In this document: in pieces, positions 50,426 to 63,177 of the stretch
Numbering within the stretch: the stretch's first letter is position 1
Layout: the number at the start of each line of letters is the position of its first letter
Assembly (NCBI GenBank): GCA_013265495.1
Contig: MU058009.1
Location: 870,001 to 934,000 of the forward strand
Reading direction: 5' to 3'
Origin: Vicugna vicugna
Taxonomy: Eukaryota
DNA length: 64,000 nucleotides
The notes under the pieces: generated by a model
Told to the model about the DNA's origin: nothing
Databases searched by the model: none
What the model saw: the letters and a program-made list of their open reading frames with translations, nothing else
Made by a program: the position numbers and the translations under genes

Positions 50426-51449
50426 CAAATATAAATAAAATTCTCCCACCTCTACTTGACTTCTGTTACTCTGATGGTTATTACTGCTAACAGTACAAAT
50501 GATAGTCTTCTATGCTAACCCAATTAAAACACTTTCCTTCAGGTCTGTTTACTCCCCGACTTCCCTGTGATGACAAGCTTCGTGGGATATGCAAGTAGCA
50601 TATTACCTCTAGCAAGGATCCTGGAACATCTGAAATGTGAGAACAGTACTTTGAATACAAAGTTACACTGAGAAGTTGAATTAAGAGAAAATACTAGACG
50701 ATGTATGTGTTGAATGTTGTATTGGTATTCTGTTACACTGGCTCTCTATTGTAGGGGAACTTGGCAGTGGCCGTGGCTGGGTCACACAGACACTGAGAAA
50801 ACACCTCCTTTTCAAGGTGGGCACACGAAACTGATGATGCACGTACTTTTGGCTTCAGGTTCCCAACTTTTATGGGTCTCCATGAAATACAGCATTGTAG
50901 TGGGGGACAAGTGTCTCTCTCCTTGCTCTTTGCAGGGGAACCGCCCTCCCCCTGCTAGGACTGGCCTCTCCGCTAGGATTTCTCAGGCTGCAGTCCTCTT
51001 GCTTTCTGTTCTGTGGGAAGCTGTAGGGTGCCCTCTCGCTTTTGTCTGCTTTAAAGCCCTTTCACTATCAAAGGCACAAATTACCAAAACACTCCTGGCC
51101 GTCTCTAGAAGGAAAAAAATGATAGTAATACATAATTTTTTAGTCTTTGGCTGGTGGTCCCCACTTCCTTTTTTCTGTGTGTGTAATCTCTTTGCTTACT
51201 TAGCCCATTCATTCTGAGAGCCCTGGGACCTTTTTGACCACACAATCCTTCGGTTCCCTGAAGCCATATCCCTTTATTCCAGAATCAATTTAGAATGCCA
51301 TCTTTGTATCTTACCCTGGAGCTTATCCTGAATCCCAACTACCCCAGACTGACCTAGCCGGGCAGCAAAGTCTCACAGAGCGGTGTGCCCTCAGGCTCAG
51401 GTGCAGGTGTGGCAGCCTTGGGAAACCTTCCTGGGACTGTTCCAAAGTA

Positions 51450-51884
51450 ATCGTGACATAATGTGGCCACAGTGACCCTTGCTTCCCGGGGCGTATGCCC
51501 TGGGACGCTCCCCTCCCGCACTGAAGACGGCTGGCCTCTTCACCCAGGAGACTGCGCGGAACCCACGCTGCGTGACTTCCAAGGCCAAGGCTTTGCTCTC
51601 TCTGGACCGCGCACTCCAGAGTAACGAGGGCACCGGAGCAGCCCTCTGGGAAGAGCCACATGGTGAGGAGGGGGGCTTCCCGTCAATGCCCTGCACCAGT
51701 CACGTGAGTGAGCCCCCTTGCAAACAAACCCTGCAGCCCCGTCAAGCATGCAGGGGACCCCAGCCACACGAGAGGCGCTCAATCAGAACCTCTCTTCAAA
51801 GCTGCTTCCGAATTCCTGATTTGGAAACCGTGATGCACAGATTTTATGGTAGCTGCTCATGCAGCAATAATGAGTAATATACAC
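51450..51884 (+). mobile_element. MLT1F/G-like MaLR solo LTR, GC-shifted
   Basis: aatgtggccaca...gctgcgtgacttccaaggc...ccacatggtgagga...cacgtgagtgagcc...aattcctga...tgcagcaataatgagtaatataca. Confidence 0.75.
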
Positions 51885-52199
51885 ACCTGATGGAGAGGTC
51901 TCCACCGCCAGCTGGGTTTTTCCTGCCAAAAGCTGTTTGGCAATGCTGACGATTAATTGCTGCAATCGCAGAATTTTCTCTGACTTCTTCCTCTGGGAAA
52001 GAGGTTGGGTTGTCTTTATCCATTCCAAATCCACCTCTCACGTTTGCAGCTACTGGACTGCTTTTCATAGGATACGGGGTTTACTTACCTAACAAGGTTT
52101 ACTAAGTTGTCCCTAGCAACAGCTTTGGTTGCTGGCTTATTTTAGGCAGTGTAGAGTGACCGTATGCCTTGAAAAAACACGGGTAGTAAGAAACTCTGC

Positions 52200-52645
52200 T
52201 ACGCAGTGAGAAGAACGTGCACAGGTCTGGAGTCAGGCATGTCCTGTTTTGAATTCACTGGCCACCTTGTGATACTAACCGTATTTTTTAATTAAAATAT
52301 AGTTGATTTATAATTTTTGTACCCTAGTGATTCAATATTTTTATAGATTATACTGTCTTTAAAGTTATTTTAAAATAATGTCTATATTTCCCTGTGCTGT
52401 ACGATATATTCTTGCTGCTTATCTATTTTATACATTGTGGTTTGCAGTAACACTAAATATTAAACAATGTGTCCGAGGACTCAAAAATTGCCTCGAACAA
52501 ATTACATAACGTCTCTGAGCTTCAGCTCTTCATCTGCAAAATGGGGATACTATTTATCTTGCAGGGCTGCGTGAAGATGAAATGATAGACCTTTAAAAAT
52601 AAATCTCAGAAAATACAGTGCCAAACAGATAATAGGAATTTAATA
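52200..52645 (+). mobile_element. MIR SINE split by an L1 3' fragment
   Basis: tctggagtcaggc...tttgaattc | taacgtctctgagcttcagctcttcatctgcaaaatggggata. Confidence 0.8.
52282..52445 (-). mobile_element. L1 extreme 3' end
   Basis: tttttaattaaaatatagttgatttataa...tatatttccctgtgctgtac...ttatctattttataca. Confidence 0.85.
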
Positions 52646-53063
52646 AAAGATAGCCACTATTAATATTAAAAGAAGACCTTGAACAACAGATAAAAGTTGG
52701 AAAACTGACTCATTTTAGGTCATATTTGATTCAGAAACGTTTCAGCGTCTTTGGTGCTGAGGCAGTGTGAGACTGATTCACGTGGGGGGCGGAGGGGGTG
52801 GGGGAAGGAGGGCTCCCCTCCCCTTGAGACAGGGCTTCAGGAATGGCTGGTAAGTCAGCAGTAGAGGTGAGGTGGGATGGCATTTTGGGTCTAGGGAACA
52901 GAATGAGCAAAGTGAGAGAGGTGGAAAAGGACAGCATGTTTGGGGATGAAACGGGGATGGAATGTAGTTCAGATGGACTTGACATTGAACAACACAGAGA
53001 AAGCAGCAGGTGGTATGGGCTGGGGTTGGGGAGGGCTGGAAAAGCCAGTCGTGGTCACTCTGT

Positions 53064-53262
53064 CGAGGTCTCTCCTTCTCGGCACTACTGACATTCCGGG
53101 CTGGAAACATCACTGCTGTGGGGGGCTGCCCTGGGCACTGTCGGATGCTTCCCAGCATCCCTGGCTTCTAGACACCACTAGACACCCAGTCCCCACCGAT
53201 CCTGATGATCAAAAATATCTCCAGACATTGGGGGCAACATTGCTCATGGTGGAGGACCACTG
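53064..53262. mobile_element. MER20 hAT-Charlie MITE
   Basis: ctcggcactactgacatt...tgtggggggctgccctgggcactgtcggatg...cagcatccctggc...aaaaatatctccagacattg...gaccactg. Confidence 0.9.
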
Positions 53263-56200
53263 CCTTACTTCAACATTCTCACCTTTGCTGAGAATGGAGC
53301 CCAGAGAGGGTGCGTGCCTGAGCCAATTACACACAGCCTAAGGCTGCACAGCCCAGCCTAGACCCTTCCAGCACTTTACCTTTATCCAGACACTTGAAAG
53401 GCAGCTAGATGGTCTTGGCCACATTAAGTGGAAGAAATAAGAAAAGTATCATTAAAGAGACTTAGGTGTAAAGGAGAAACAACATATCATTAGGCTGGAT
53501 ATCCGACAGGTAGAGTCACCGCTGCCAGCTTATCTGTGAAGCATCCATGTGAGTATTAAACCTGTTAACACAAGACCGTGTCCAGCACAGAGCAGGGTGC
53601 CCAGAAAGTGATCAGAAGTGGTGAGTTTCCTTCTTTTTCTGTTAATAGTTTGGGCTTGACTCAGCGGGCCATGGGGGAACCATAGGGTCCTTTTTATAGG
53701 TCAGTGACATTATCGTAGTGGAAAAGTGACATTCTAAAGCTCACGTCTCTTGCTTTATCCTGGAAGGTGCCCTGGCTCCGGGGGACATATGCCCCCAGGG
53801 GCTGGCATGACGCCTGCTCGCTAAGTGTCCTCAATTACCATTTCCACCCACCACAGAGGCTACTCTCTCCAGAGAAGATGGGACATAATGAGCTCAACGC
53901 CAGGAGTGATTAAAACAAATGACAGTGCAGCTCCAGAGGCGGCAGGGCAGGGGGGAGGCAGCTGAAGTGACTGGCTCCCCTACATGCAGCCCGGGTTTGA
54001 GTAATACGGCTGCTTCCCCAGTCGCTGCCTGAACGCTGACCCCTGGCAGCTGGTCACCCTCCAGTGCCCCCGGGATGGGGTCACCAAGGGCTGGAACACA
54101 CTTTCTGAATTGAAGCAGTGGACTGTGAAATAGGAATTACTGACAGCTCTTAAGTATATCAAGAGAACAGCCCTATTCCTTAATACAGAGCCACTAAGAG
54201 ACATCTAGGAACCTATAAAACAGACAATTCCTCTATATCATCCTAGTTAAATCAATGTAGTTATATTACCCTCATCATTTTCCCTTTAACGTTTTATTAC
54301 ATTTTGCCACGGTAATTTATTTTTTCATATCCATCAGCCGATTAAAGACTTTATTCGCAAGATACACACATCCCTGTGACCTAGTTGAAACTGACCTAAA
54401 CTGTTCAGGAAAGCAGCTCGGTGGGGAAAGTTACTCCCTCTCCCTCTTTCTTTCCTTCTTTCTGCGCGTCTCGATTTCTCTAACACTTCTCTCACCGTGG
54501 GGGGTGGTTCGCGTTCCAGTATTTATAAATAATAATGTAAGCTTACGTTTTTTGCGCCCTTCCTTCCTGGGCGCTGAGACAACTTCTCAGTCTCCCTGAA
54601 CCAGTCTCTTCGTCAGTGGCTCTCTTGCTTCCCCTTCTCCTTCTTCCCCTCCCCCCTCTAACCCTGTCCCTTCTTCCTCTTCCTGGATACCATGTGAGTC
54701 CCCGGTCAGATAGATATTCAAGGCTTCCAGGACGCACTGGCAGCGGCAGGGTCCAGGGGCCCCTCACCTGGAGCACATCCTACACCTGCTGCAGCAAGAC
54801 GCCTCAGCGCCCCTCTGCCCTTGGAGCCCAGGCTCACCTGTTGCCGACAGAGGATGTGACTGCTTGAAACCCATCATTTAAACCACAGAACTTCGTGATG
54901 CTGTTAATGCCACGGCTTCCACTTCTTTGAGGTGAAACTGACTGTGAGCTAAACAGGAGGACGTGCTCCCCTGGCAGGGTCAACACAGAGCGGTGGCCAT
55001 CCATAAGCCCATAGTGGATCATCAAGTCTGAGGAAAGAGCAGAAAACTCGGGAATCAGAGAGCTCTTTCCTGATGGAGTGAGGCTGTGATGTACACCCGT
55101 GAAATTAGTTGACGTCGGGGTGTCAGAGAGGTCCTGGGAGGTCAAGGAGGATGCTGAGGACCCTGACCTGGACAGAAGCCGAGAAAAGGACGACTCACGT
55201 GCAGGCAGATGGCTGATGTCTCTGTGAAGGCAAGGTTCTCCTGAACACTGTGCTGTGGTTCTCAGACTTCCTTTGGCCGCATAACTCTTTTTGGATTAGC
55301 CCCTCCCAGGGGTGACTGGCATGCAGTGAGAGTAAGCTGGAGTTTCTCTGATTGGGGAAGAAGAGGAACATTTCGAAAAATCCTAAGCTGAAAACCTCGA
55401 AAACCTTCTGAAGCCCTGGTTACTCTCCCCCATGTCTCCTATGGAAAGGTTTCTGTTAAAATCTTAACTTCCTTGACCAGAGAGAGATCTCACATAAACG
55501 CAGAAGCATCAGGATGTGTGACCTCAGCCTGTGAGTCACTGAGCTTGGCTGGCTGAGGGTTTTTTTCCCCCCACATCCTCAATGAGGCAAAGTCTGATTT
55601 ATCCTGCAAATTCAATGCGAGCATCACCTCCAGAAACCTTGCTCCCAATCCAGAGTCTCGTTTAAACAGGTGCATTTCCCGTTTGCTCTCACGGCACCTT
55701 GGTGTATGATTTCGCCAGAACACCTGTGACACCCAGCCGTGATCATGGTTTCCTGTGTCTGTCTCCACCCTGGACCGAGGGCTTCTTAAAATGAAGGACA
55801 ATAAACTTGGTGTTTTCTGGCACGTAGCACACTGCTTGGGTTGTCACTGCTTCTCTGCTTCTCAGTGAAGTTTTGCTGAGAAAACGAACAAATGAACCAG
55901 TTTGCCAACTGCATTTCGTTCTACCATTTTCGATTGACAGACCCTAGCAAGCAGCGCCGTCCTCCAGCTCCTAGACTCTGCACACCACTCTTTTTTTAAA
56001 TGACACACGCATTCTGCCTGCGGGCTGAACCACCCCCCATCCTCCTGCAGGACGCCACCGCTCCTGCACTCCCAGAGTAAACGCTTCGCCTTGCGACATT
56101 TGTCATCAATTTTCTCTGGCATTCACCTGCGTTCCCACTATGGTGTGGGTGAGTGTAAACACCCCCTTGGCGTATACCTTTCTTGGGGGCAGTCCTTTGC

Positions 56201-57104
56201 AACCATTTATAAACTGTGATGAGTTCGTGCCAGAGCTTTGCTGAGGCGAGACGGGCATCCTTAGTCCCTCCTTTGCACGTGGGAAGCGGGAGAGATGAAA
56301 TGATTTAAAAGGAACCGTGTCTTAGATCAGCGTTCAGGATGGCTAAAGGGATTTAGTGCTTCCGAGATGTACACGTTAGCCCCCAGGTCCTGCTGCTCAG
56401 ACAAATTATGTATTTGTTCGGGGAAACAACATTCATGACAGTTTACTTGCACAGAAATCCCGACTATAGTCAAAGCTTCTCAGGCAACCCGTGTCCTCAC
56501 TCCCCAAAAGTGACGTTTCTCAGAGCCCTCTGGCTCTCTTGCCCCGGATTTATACCCCAAAGAGGTACATAATTAAGTACCTAACTGGGTCTTGTTGACA
56601 TTCTTTGTGTCATCGTAACAGTAAGAAAATTAAGTGACTGTAACAGAAAACACACGCACAGACCCACATGGTCTGTTTTTCAGTTTGATACTGAAACCAA
56701 AGTCAATGTCTAACACTAACCTAACGGGAATCCAAAGAATGCAAAATGTCATATAATTAGCTAGATACAGTAAGTTAGTACTTTTATTAACACCATCAAT
56801 TGAATGGCTTTAAGATCAGCCAGTTAACAATATTGAAAGCTAAACGTTCACCTCGGGTGTATCTCTCTCTTTAGATACACACATTTGTAGTTATTTTCAA
56901 GTCTATGTTTGTATATTGATATTCATGTCAGCCGTGACAGATATGGGTACTTTAGGAAAGCAATTAATAACCAGCTGGCTTAAATCATTTCCTATAAAGA
57001 AGCATGGATAAATGTGCATTCCTCAGCCCTGGCTTCCAGACACCTCACAAGATCTCCCACTATTTCAATGGAGGGTTAAAAAGTCCGCCCTTGGATTCGT
57101 AACA

Positions 57105-57280
57105 ACGAACCCTGACTGAGTGTGTCGCCACGTGTCAGGCAGTGCGTCACGGCGCGCACAGAAATGCTTGTGTTCCCTTTGTCAACACGAGGAGACGGTG
57201 AGGCAGAGGCGGAGAGCTTGCCCAAGGTCACACTGATGGTAAGTGGAAGACCTTGGATTAGAACCCAGACAGTCTAGCTA
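57105..57280 (-). mobile_element. MIR SINE, GC-shifted
   Basis: tgactgagtgtgtcgccacgtgtcaggcagtgcg...cttgcccaaggtcacac...ggattagaacccagacagtct. Confidence 0.75.
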
Positions 57281-60200
57281 TGGAGCATACGTGTCGGCAC
57301 AAATGACAGTAGTGGTAGTGAGTTGTCTCTCCGCTGGAACCTGGGGTTGGCGGACTCTGGGGAGCTTGCTCAGGCTGGAAGGGCAACGCCATTAGATCGC
57401 CCAAGAGCTTGTTAGAGGTGCACCTCTTGGTCTGTCCCCGGACCTCCTGATTCCTGCTCTCCCTTGTGCCAGAGTTCCCCTCGAGATCCGTAGGCACATT
57501 AGCGCCTGAGAAATTGTTGTCAGTTTCCTTTAGCTGTGCAACCTCATAGACATGCTAAGAATTCACGGGGGCCCAGGGATATTTGGAGGGACCTTTTAAA
57601 AACTACCAGCCATGTATGATCACAGTGTGTTCCACATATAAACTTTCATGCTTCAGCACAAGGAATCTTATGAATGACCCTAAAGCATGTCACGTGAGCA
57701 GACGGCCTTGAAGCAAAATATCTTACACACACACATTCAGTTTCTGAGCTTCTGTATATATATATGTATTTTGAGTCTGTGTCATTCATTATCAAGAACA
57801 AGAATTGCCTAAGGATTGGACTTGTTGTTGACACCAGTGTCTACTATTTAACAACATCTGGCAAAGCGTATCCACTTGATGAGATTGGAGAGCACGTGGG
57901 GACCGGGTTGAGGCAATCCAAGCCTGCCACTCTGGTGTGAATTCTGCCTGGGTCTTGGCTCCGCTGGCCAGCCCAGAGTCAGCAGCCATTGACTTAGCAA
58001 GTGGCAATTAAAGCTGGGCTATCTGAGGTTTCCTGCTAATGTGTGGGTGAACAAGTGAATGCTCCTGAATCTGTTTTGAAGATTGCCCTTATATTACTAA
58101 TTTATCTTTCTCTTTAGATGTGAACTCTTTAAATAGGGAGAACCCTTGGAGATCATCAGCCCTCTTCCAAGGGAGCGGGGGGACACGGGAGGCCAAGTTT
58201 ATCTGCCTCCACACCCCGTATTCTTTTCTCTGTGCCTTTCTACCATGTATGAGAGAATTGCATTTTTTTTCCCTGTGAAATTGCTGTTTATATCTCTTGA
58301 ACCTCAGGCAAGGGCAACCAGAATGCACACAGCACAATAGAACAGAGCTGAGAGTAGGTTGGGGTGAAAAATGAGGACAAAGAAGCAGACACACTGCTAT
58401 TTCTCTCTCCTTAGATTTAGAGATGGGGTTGAGTTTCTATTAAAATTTTTTGACATCTCTGAGTGTAATCATTGAATTTGCTGAAGGTGGATGAGACCTT
58501 TGTGATCACATATTCTAAATGAACACTCCTATAGTTTTAGAAATGGGCCTCCAAGAAGAGCGAACGACTTCCTGAATGCGTTTGTGGCAGAACCAAGCCC
58601 GGAACTCAAATCTTCTCATGCCCCAACAGAAAACTCTCCAATAATCCGCGCTGCCTTTTCTCCTCCAAGGAAGATCACAAGTCACTTCTCCAGGGGCCCA
58701 GTGCACTGGACAGAAGACCAGTAACCCTTACATTTACGATCATCTGCTGAGCACAAGAGTCACCCTGAGGGACTGTGCATGAGGACAGACTTCCTTGCAG
58801 CTAACCTCCTGCCCAACCGCCCACCACCTTTGAGCTCAAGACAATTTTCAGGGTTCTACCGCATTCGTTAGTGTTAGAAAGGGGGTCATCATCCAAGGAT
58901 TTTCAGGCTGCATGCTTCAGAGGCTGAGCTTCCAAAGGAAATGCTTTAGAAGAGGCTCTTCTCAGGGATGTGGCCGAGTCAGTCACCCACTTCACCCAGA
59001 ACATCTTCACTTTCATCATTTCTTACTGTGGTTCCACATAAGATACTGTTTAAACCCTGTCCTAGCGCTTTAAAAAGTGAGATATTGTGACCGGTAGACA
59101 GCCCCTTGTTCACTTTCCTGATATTTTTCAGATAAGAAATTTTGAGGCCCAGCTATTTAAAAAAAAACAAAAATTCATGCAAGTTTCCCCAGTTCAGTTT
59201 CACTATGGATGTGATGAGAAGCAATCACAGAAAACATATTTTCTGAACCACAAAATCAGGACACAGGATCTGACAAGTCTAAATACACTTATGGGGACAA
59301 CAGGATGGAATCTTTGGAATTGAGACTGTCCCAGAGAGCCCATAGTATAGGGCCTCTGCAGGAATAAGGCAAGAACATTTTCCGACTCCCAGACTCGCTT
59401 GAGTGGCAGGTGAGTGAACCACGGTGTAAAGTCACAGAAGGTGACCGCTGCTTCTATCCTGTGTTCTGCATCCTTTGATATATGATGGGACCTGCCAAAT
59501 CCTATTGGTTTCAGTGATGCCTTCTGTATTAAGATTTATGCCCTAATGGAGCTTTGGACTTCTTGGGCTGGCCGGAGTCTCAACTTCTGGGATGCTTTGG
59601 GAAGTGGAGGCTGAGAGGAAGTGATTCAATAACTAACCTAACTTCTGATAAATCCAGTAAAAGAAAGTCCTGTGGTGTGGAGTAACTGGAGTTTTAGTGC
59701 CAACCGCTGTGAGCAGCTATACATAATATATGTGTCCCTTAAATTTTGTAAAGCTTCTAGCTGTCACAGCACAAGGAACTCAAGCAATGCATTCTGTAAA
59801 ATAAGTGAATAAATACAATCCAGAGAAAGTGTGGTCCTGGCATTCTATTCTATCAGCCTGGATGACTCCACTCAAAATACAGCACTGCTGTGCATTAAAG
59901 ATAATGCTTACATAATAATACACAGCATCCTTAAAGCCCAAATCTCAGCAAATGTGATGATTGTCAAAGGCAGCGAGTCTGTGCTGTGAGACGGCCACAG
60001 GAGTCTGGTGCCCAGGCCAGCCTAGGCAGCCATGAGCATCATTGTTATTCTGCAGGGTCCAGAGCGGTGAATCTTTCTCGCCAGAAGGGAATAGCATTTT
60101 TCCTTTCTTTGAGTGATTTTTGTTTGTGTGCCTTTTTTGTTTTTGTTCTTTTATTTTCCTGCCCGCAAAGGAAAAAATGTGTTTAGGGGACCGTTACACT

Positions 60201-60455
60201 GATGCTCAAGTCAACACCAGCGCTTCAGAAGCGTGGCTTCCTCTGGCTGGTAGGAAGGAGCCCGTCCAGTTCTTCCCAGTTTACCATTTGGCCAAGCCCT
60301 GCTTCTTGCAACTTAAGGATGCAAATGAAATCACTAACAAAATTACAGAGATTGAAATAAATAAAAAAAAAGGAGCCAAAACTTCATAATTAAAAATCAT
60401 GTCCTTGGAGAAGTTAGGCCCATAGGATAAATTTGGGATGATGGAATCAGAAAAC

Positions 60456-60595
60456 CAGAGCTGGCTTCGTGTGTGCAGAACCTTGTTCGGTGTAACGCTC
60501 TACTGTTGCTATTTTGAAATTCTAAATAATTTATGAACGAGAGACCCTGCCTTTTCATTTCACACTGGGCCATGTAAATTAAGTATCCAGTCCTG
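60456..60595 (+). mobile_element. MER53-like hAT MITE
   Basis: cagagctggcttc...ttgaaattctaaataattt...ttttcatttcacactgggcc...ccagtcctg. Confidence 0.75.
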
Positions 60596-60649
60596 CGCAG
60601 AGCACCTTGGGCGTCTTCAGAATGTTCCTGGTTACATTCTATTACATTT

Positions 60650-60866
60650 TATCACTGGAATCAGACACTCTGTCTACCACTTATTAGTTGCTTAATTTAA
60701 AGGGAGTTACTACTTCTTTGGGAGCCCTAGTTTCTCAGTCTTTATAATGGGTATAATAATATGATCCATCATATCACTTTGGAGAACTAACGTAATTTTG
60801 TACCTACAGCACTTAGCCACTGTCAAGAGTGTGATCTCAGTAAATATTTGTTGAATGAATGAATGG
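60650..60866 (+). mobile_element. MIR SINE followed by an L2-type tail
   Basis: ctggaatcagac...tctaccacttattag...ataatgggtataataat...ctcagtaaatatttgttgaatgaatgaatg. Confidence 0.65.
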
Positions 60867-62619
60867 GGATAAAAAAATCTCACAGGGTCCTGGGTCCTGG
60901 GATTCCTACAGGACTATTATTGTCTGAAATCAAGAACCTTGCAATCTCAGGGGATTAAACTAGATTTCTTCCATCCAATCATCTGCCTTCTCCTACTTTA
61001 TATTTTTTGATCCCCAAGGGCCTCACTGAAGAGTCCAGGATTCAGCAGGCTTGACTTTTAAAGATGAACAATGTGGGAGCCAAAAATGTAGATCAGAACT
61101 GACCAATGAAGAACTCTTACAACCAGTCAGAGCCACCACTCCTTCTGAGATGTCCCAGTGAAGACCGCACGTCGGCTCCTGCAGGGACGGGGGCAGCTGG
61201 CTTAACTTCCAGATCTGTGTGCCACTCATCGCATGGTGGGGACTGGTATTTCTGAAATCTATTATTTAATCGTGTGTGTTCGCATGTAAAGATTTGTCAT
61301 AGGTGCCAGTCTCAGACCAGCCAGAGAAGTCATTATGAAACAATTCCAGACCTTTAGAAGGGATGTGCAGGCTGCGGCCATGTCTGTGAGCACTCGGGGA
61401 CACACAGGCCACAGCAGCACCTCCGAGAGCCCCTCTTCTCCCCCCTCAGCTCCCATCATCCCCTGCGGCCTCACGTGGACGTCTCCTCCCCATCTCGGCC
61501 TGCGCCCTTCATTCTCCCGTCCCTCCGTCTCTCCTGGTTCTGCACCAGAAAAGCCCAAGCGTTACCCTGACAGAGCACGGTGATTTTCTGAAGACTAGGA
61601 AATTAAAAAAAAAAAAAAAGAGGGAACTTGATTCAGAGGACAGTGGAGGGAAAGGTCAATGATATGCTAAATTTTTTTGCCCTGCCCCCTGTAACTACAG
61701 TGACGTTTCTCATCATGGTTCACCTACTGTGAGGCAGACACTAAAATTATATTTTGCAAATCTCAGCCCACTCAGCTTCACAACCATTCTTACAAAGTAG
61801 GTATGATTGGGTTACAGAGTTGTTTACCAGCAGAGATGACAGTCAATCCAAACCCGAGACAGGCTGATTTCAAAGTCTAAGATGTGGTCTTCCACCTCGC
61901 AGCAGTCACTCAGAAAACATGAACCGTGTGCCTAATACACGAGGGCTTTTTGAATGGGCTCTGCGACGCTTCACAGAGCTAAGTCAGATGTGGGCCCTGA
62001 CTTCCAAGAATGTAAAAATCAGTATAAAAGATTAGGCATGAGCCAAAACATCTGCAGTCTAAGAAGACCATGGTAAGGGTCATTCGGGTGGCGCAGACAA
62101 CACAGGACACATTGCGATGCTCTTCTACGGGCGGCATCTGAGGATGCCATTTGGAAAGCCTTTCTCAGAATTAGGCTGGACAGAGCTGCTTCCTCTCCTG
62201 GACTGAGGAGATGTCAGTTGCCAATATGATGAAACGTTTTATATATCAATGTCATATCATATCAAAAATAATTAGTCCATTTTTTTTTCGGCCCTGCTCA
62301 TATCGTCCTATATTACACAATGAAAGACATTTCATCAAATCTTCTTCTTCAGGCAAATAGAACTCCTTCCAATTTTTGGATCTAGTATAAGGCTGGCTCA
62401 TTTCATGGTTTACACCTCTGGAAATACCTGGAAGGAGTTGGGAAAACAACAGATTAAGCATTTGCTAGTTTGCGGTACCCTGTAGCCCAAGATTGCATCA
62501 AGTTAATGTCGGAGCTTGTGCTTTGCTGGAGTGGGACCTACACTCGGCATGCTCTGTCCTTTCCACATTGTCTTGATTAATCACAGCCTGGCAGGGGGGA
62601 CTAGCCAAGCTTTGGGAAG

Positions 62620-63040
62620 ACTTTAAATTTAAGTCGAGCTTTGAAGGATGATGGTGCAGACTTAAATACAGGAGGGAGGTAAGCAGTAGCGTTTAGGGAA
62701 AGACACAGCTTCAGGAAAGGGCAAATGGGAGGTTCCCAGCGTGTTCACAAAGCAGTTTATCATGGATTTATAGAGTGGAAGAATATAATATTGAGATAAA
62801 AATTAGAAAGTTAGATTGGCAATATCTTAAGAAAATTTAAATAACAAATATGGAATTTTGCATTGATTAGTTTTTAGGTATGGGGAAATATTAATTTTTA
62901 AAGTAGGGGATTGATAAGATTTATGTTTCAGGGAGATAATCGTTACAGGGTAGTGCTGAATGAAGTTGGGACAATGCCAGGGGCAAAGGCTGGGGTTTAC
63001 TAGCTAAGAGTCTTCTATAAAGTCCAGGTAAGTGATATGT
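62620..63040 (-). mobile_element. L2 fragment
   Basis: gagctttgaaggatga...taggtatggggaaatatt...agtccaggtaagtgat, antisense L2 body. Confidence 0.6.
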
Positions 63041-63177
63041 GTGTCTCGTCTGCATCCGTGGTTCCTGCTAGTGTAAGAACACCAAGTCTGGTGCTCGCTG
63101 TCATTAAATTTAGTGCGAAGTGCTGGGACCTCAGCAGCGCGGGCTGACTCGGGAGGCATTAATATAAAAGGGGTCTA

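Noticed and set aside
59362..59409. 48-nt plus-strand exon with a strong CAG|gtgagt donor
   Set aside because: Acceptor lacks a real pyrimidine tract and adjoins a probable hAT remnant; peptide unrecognised
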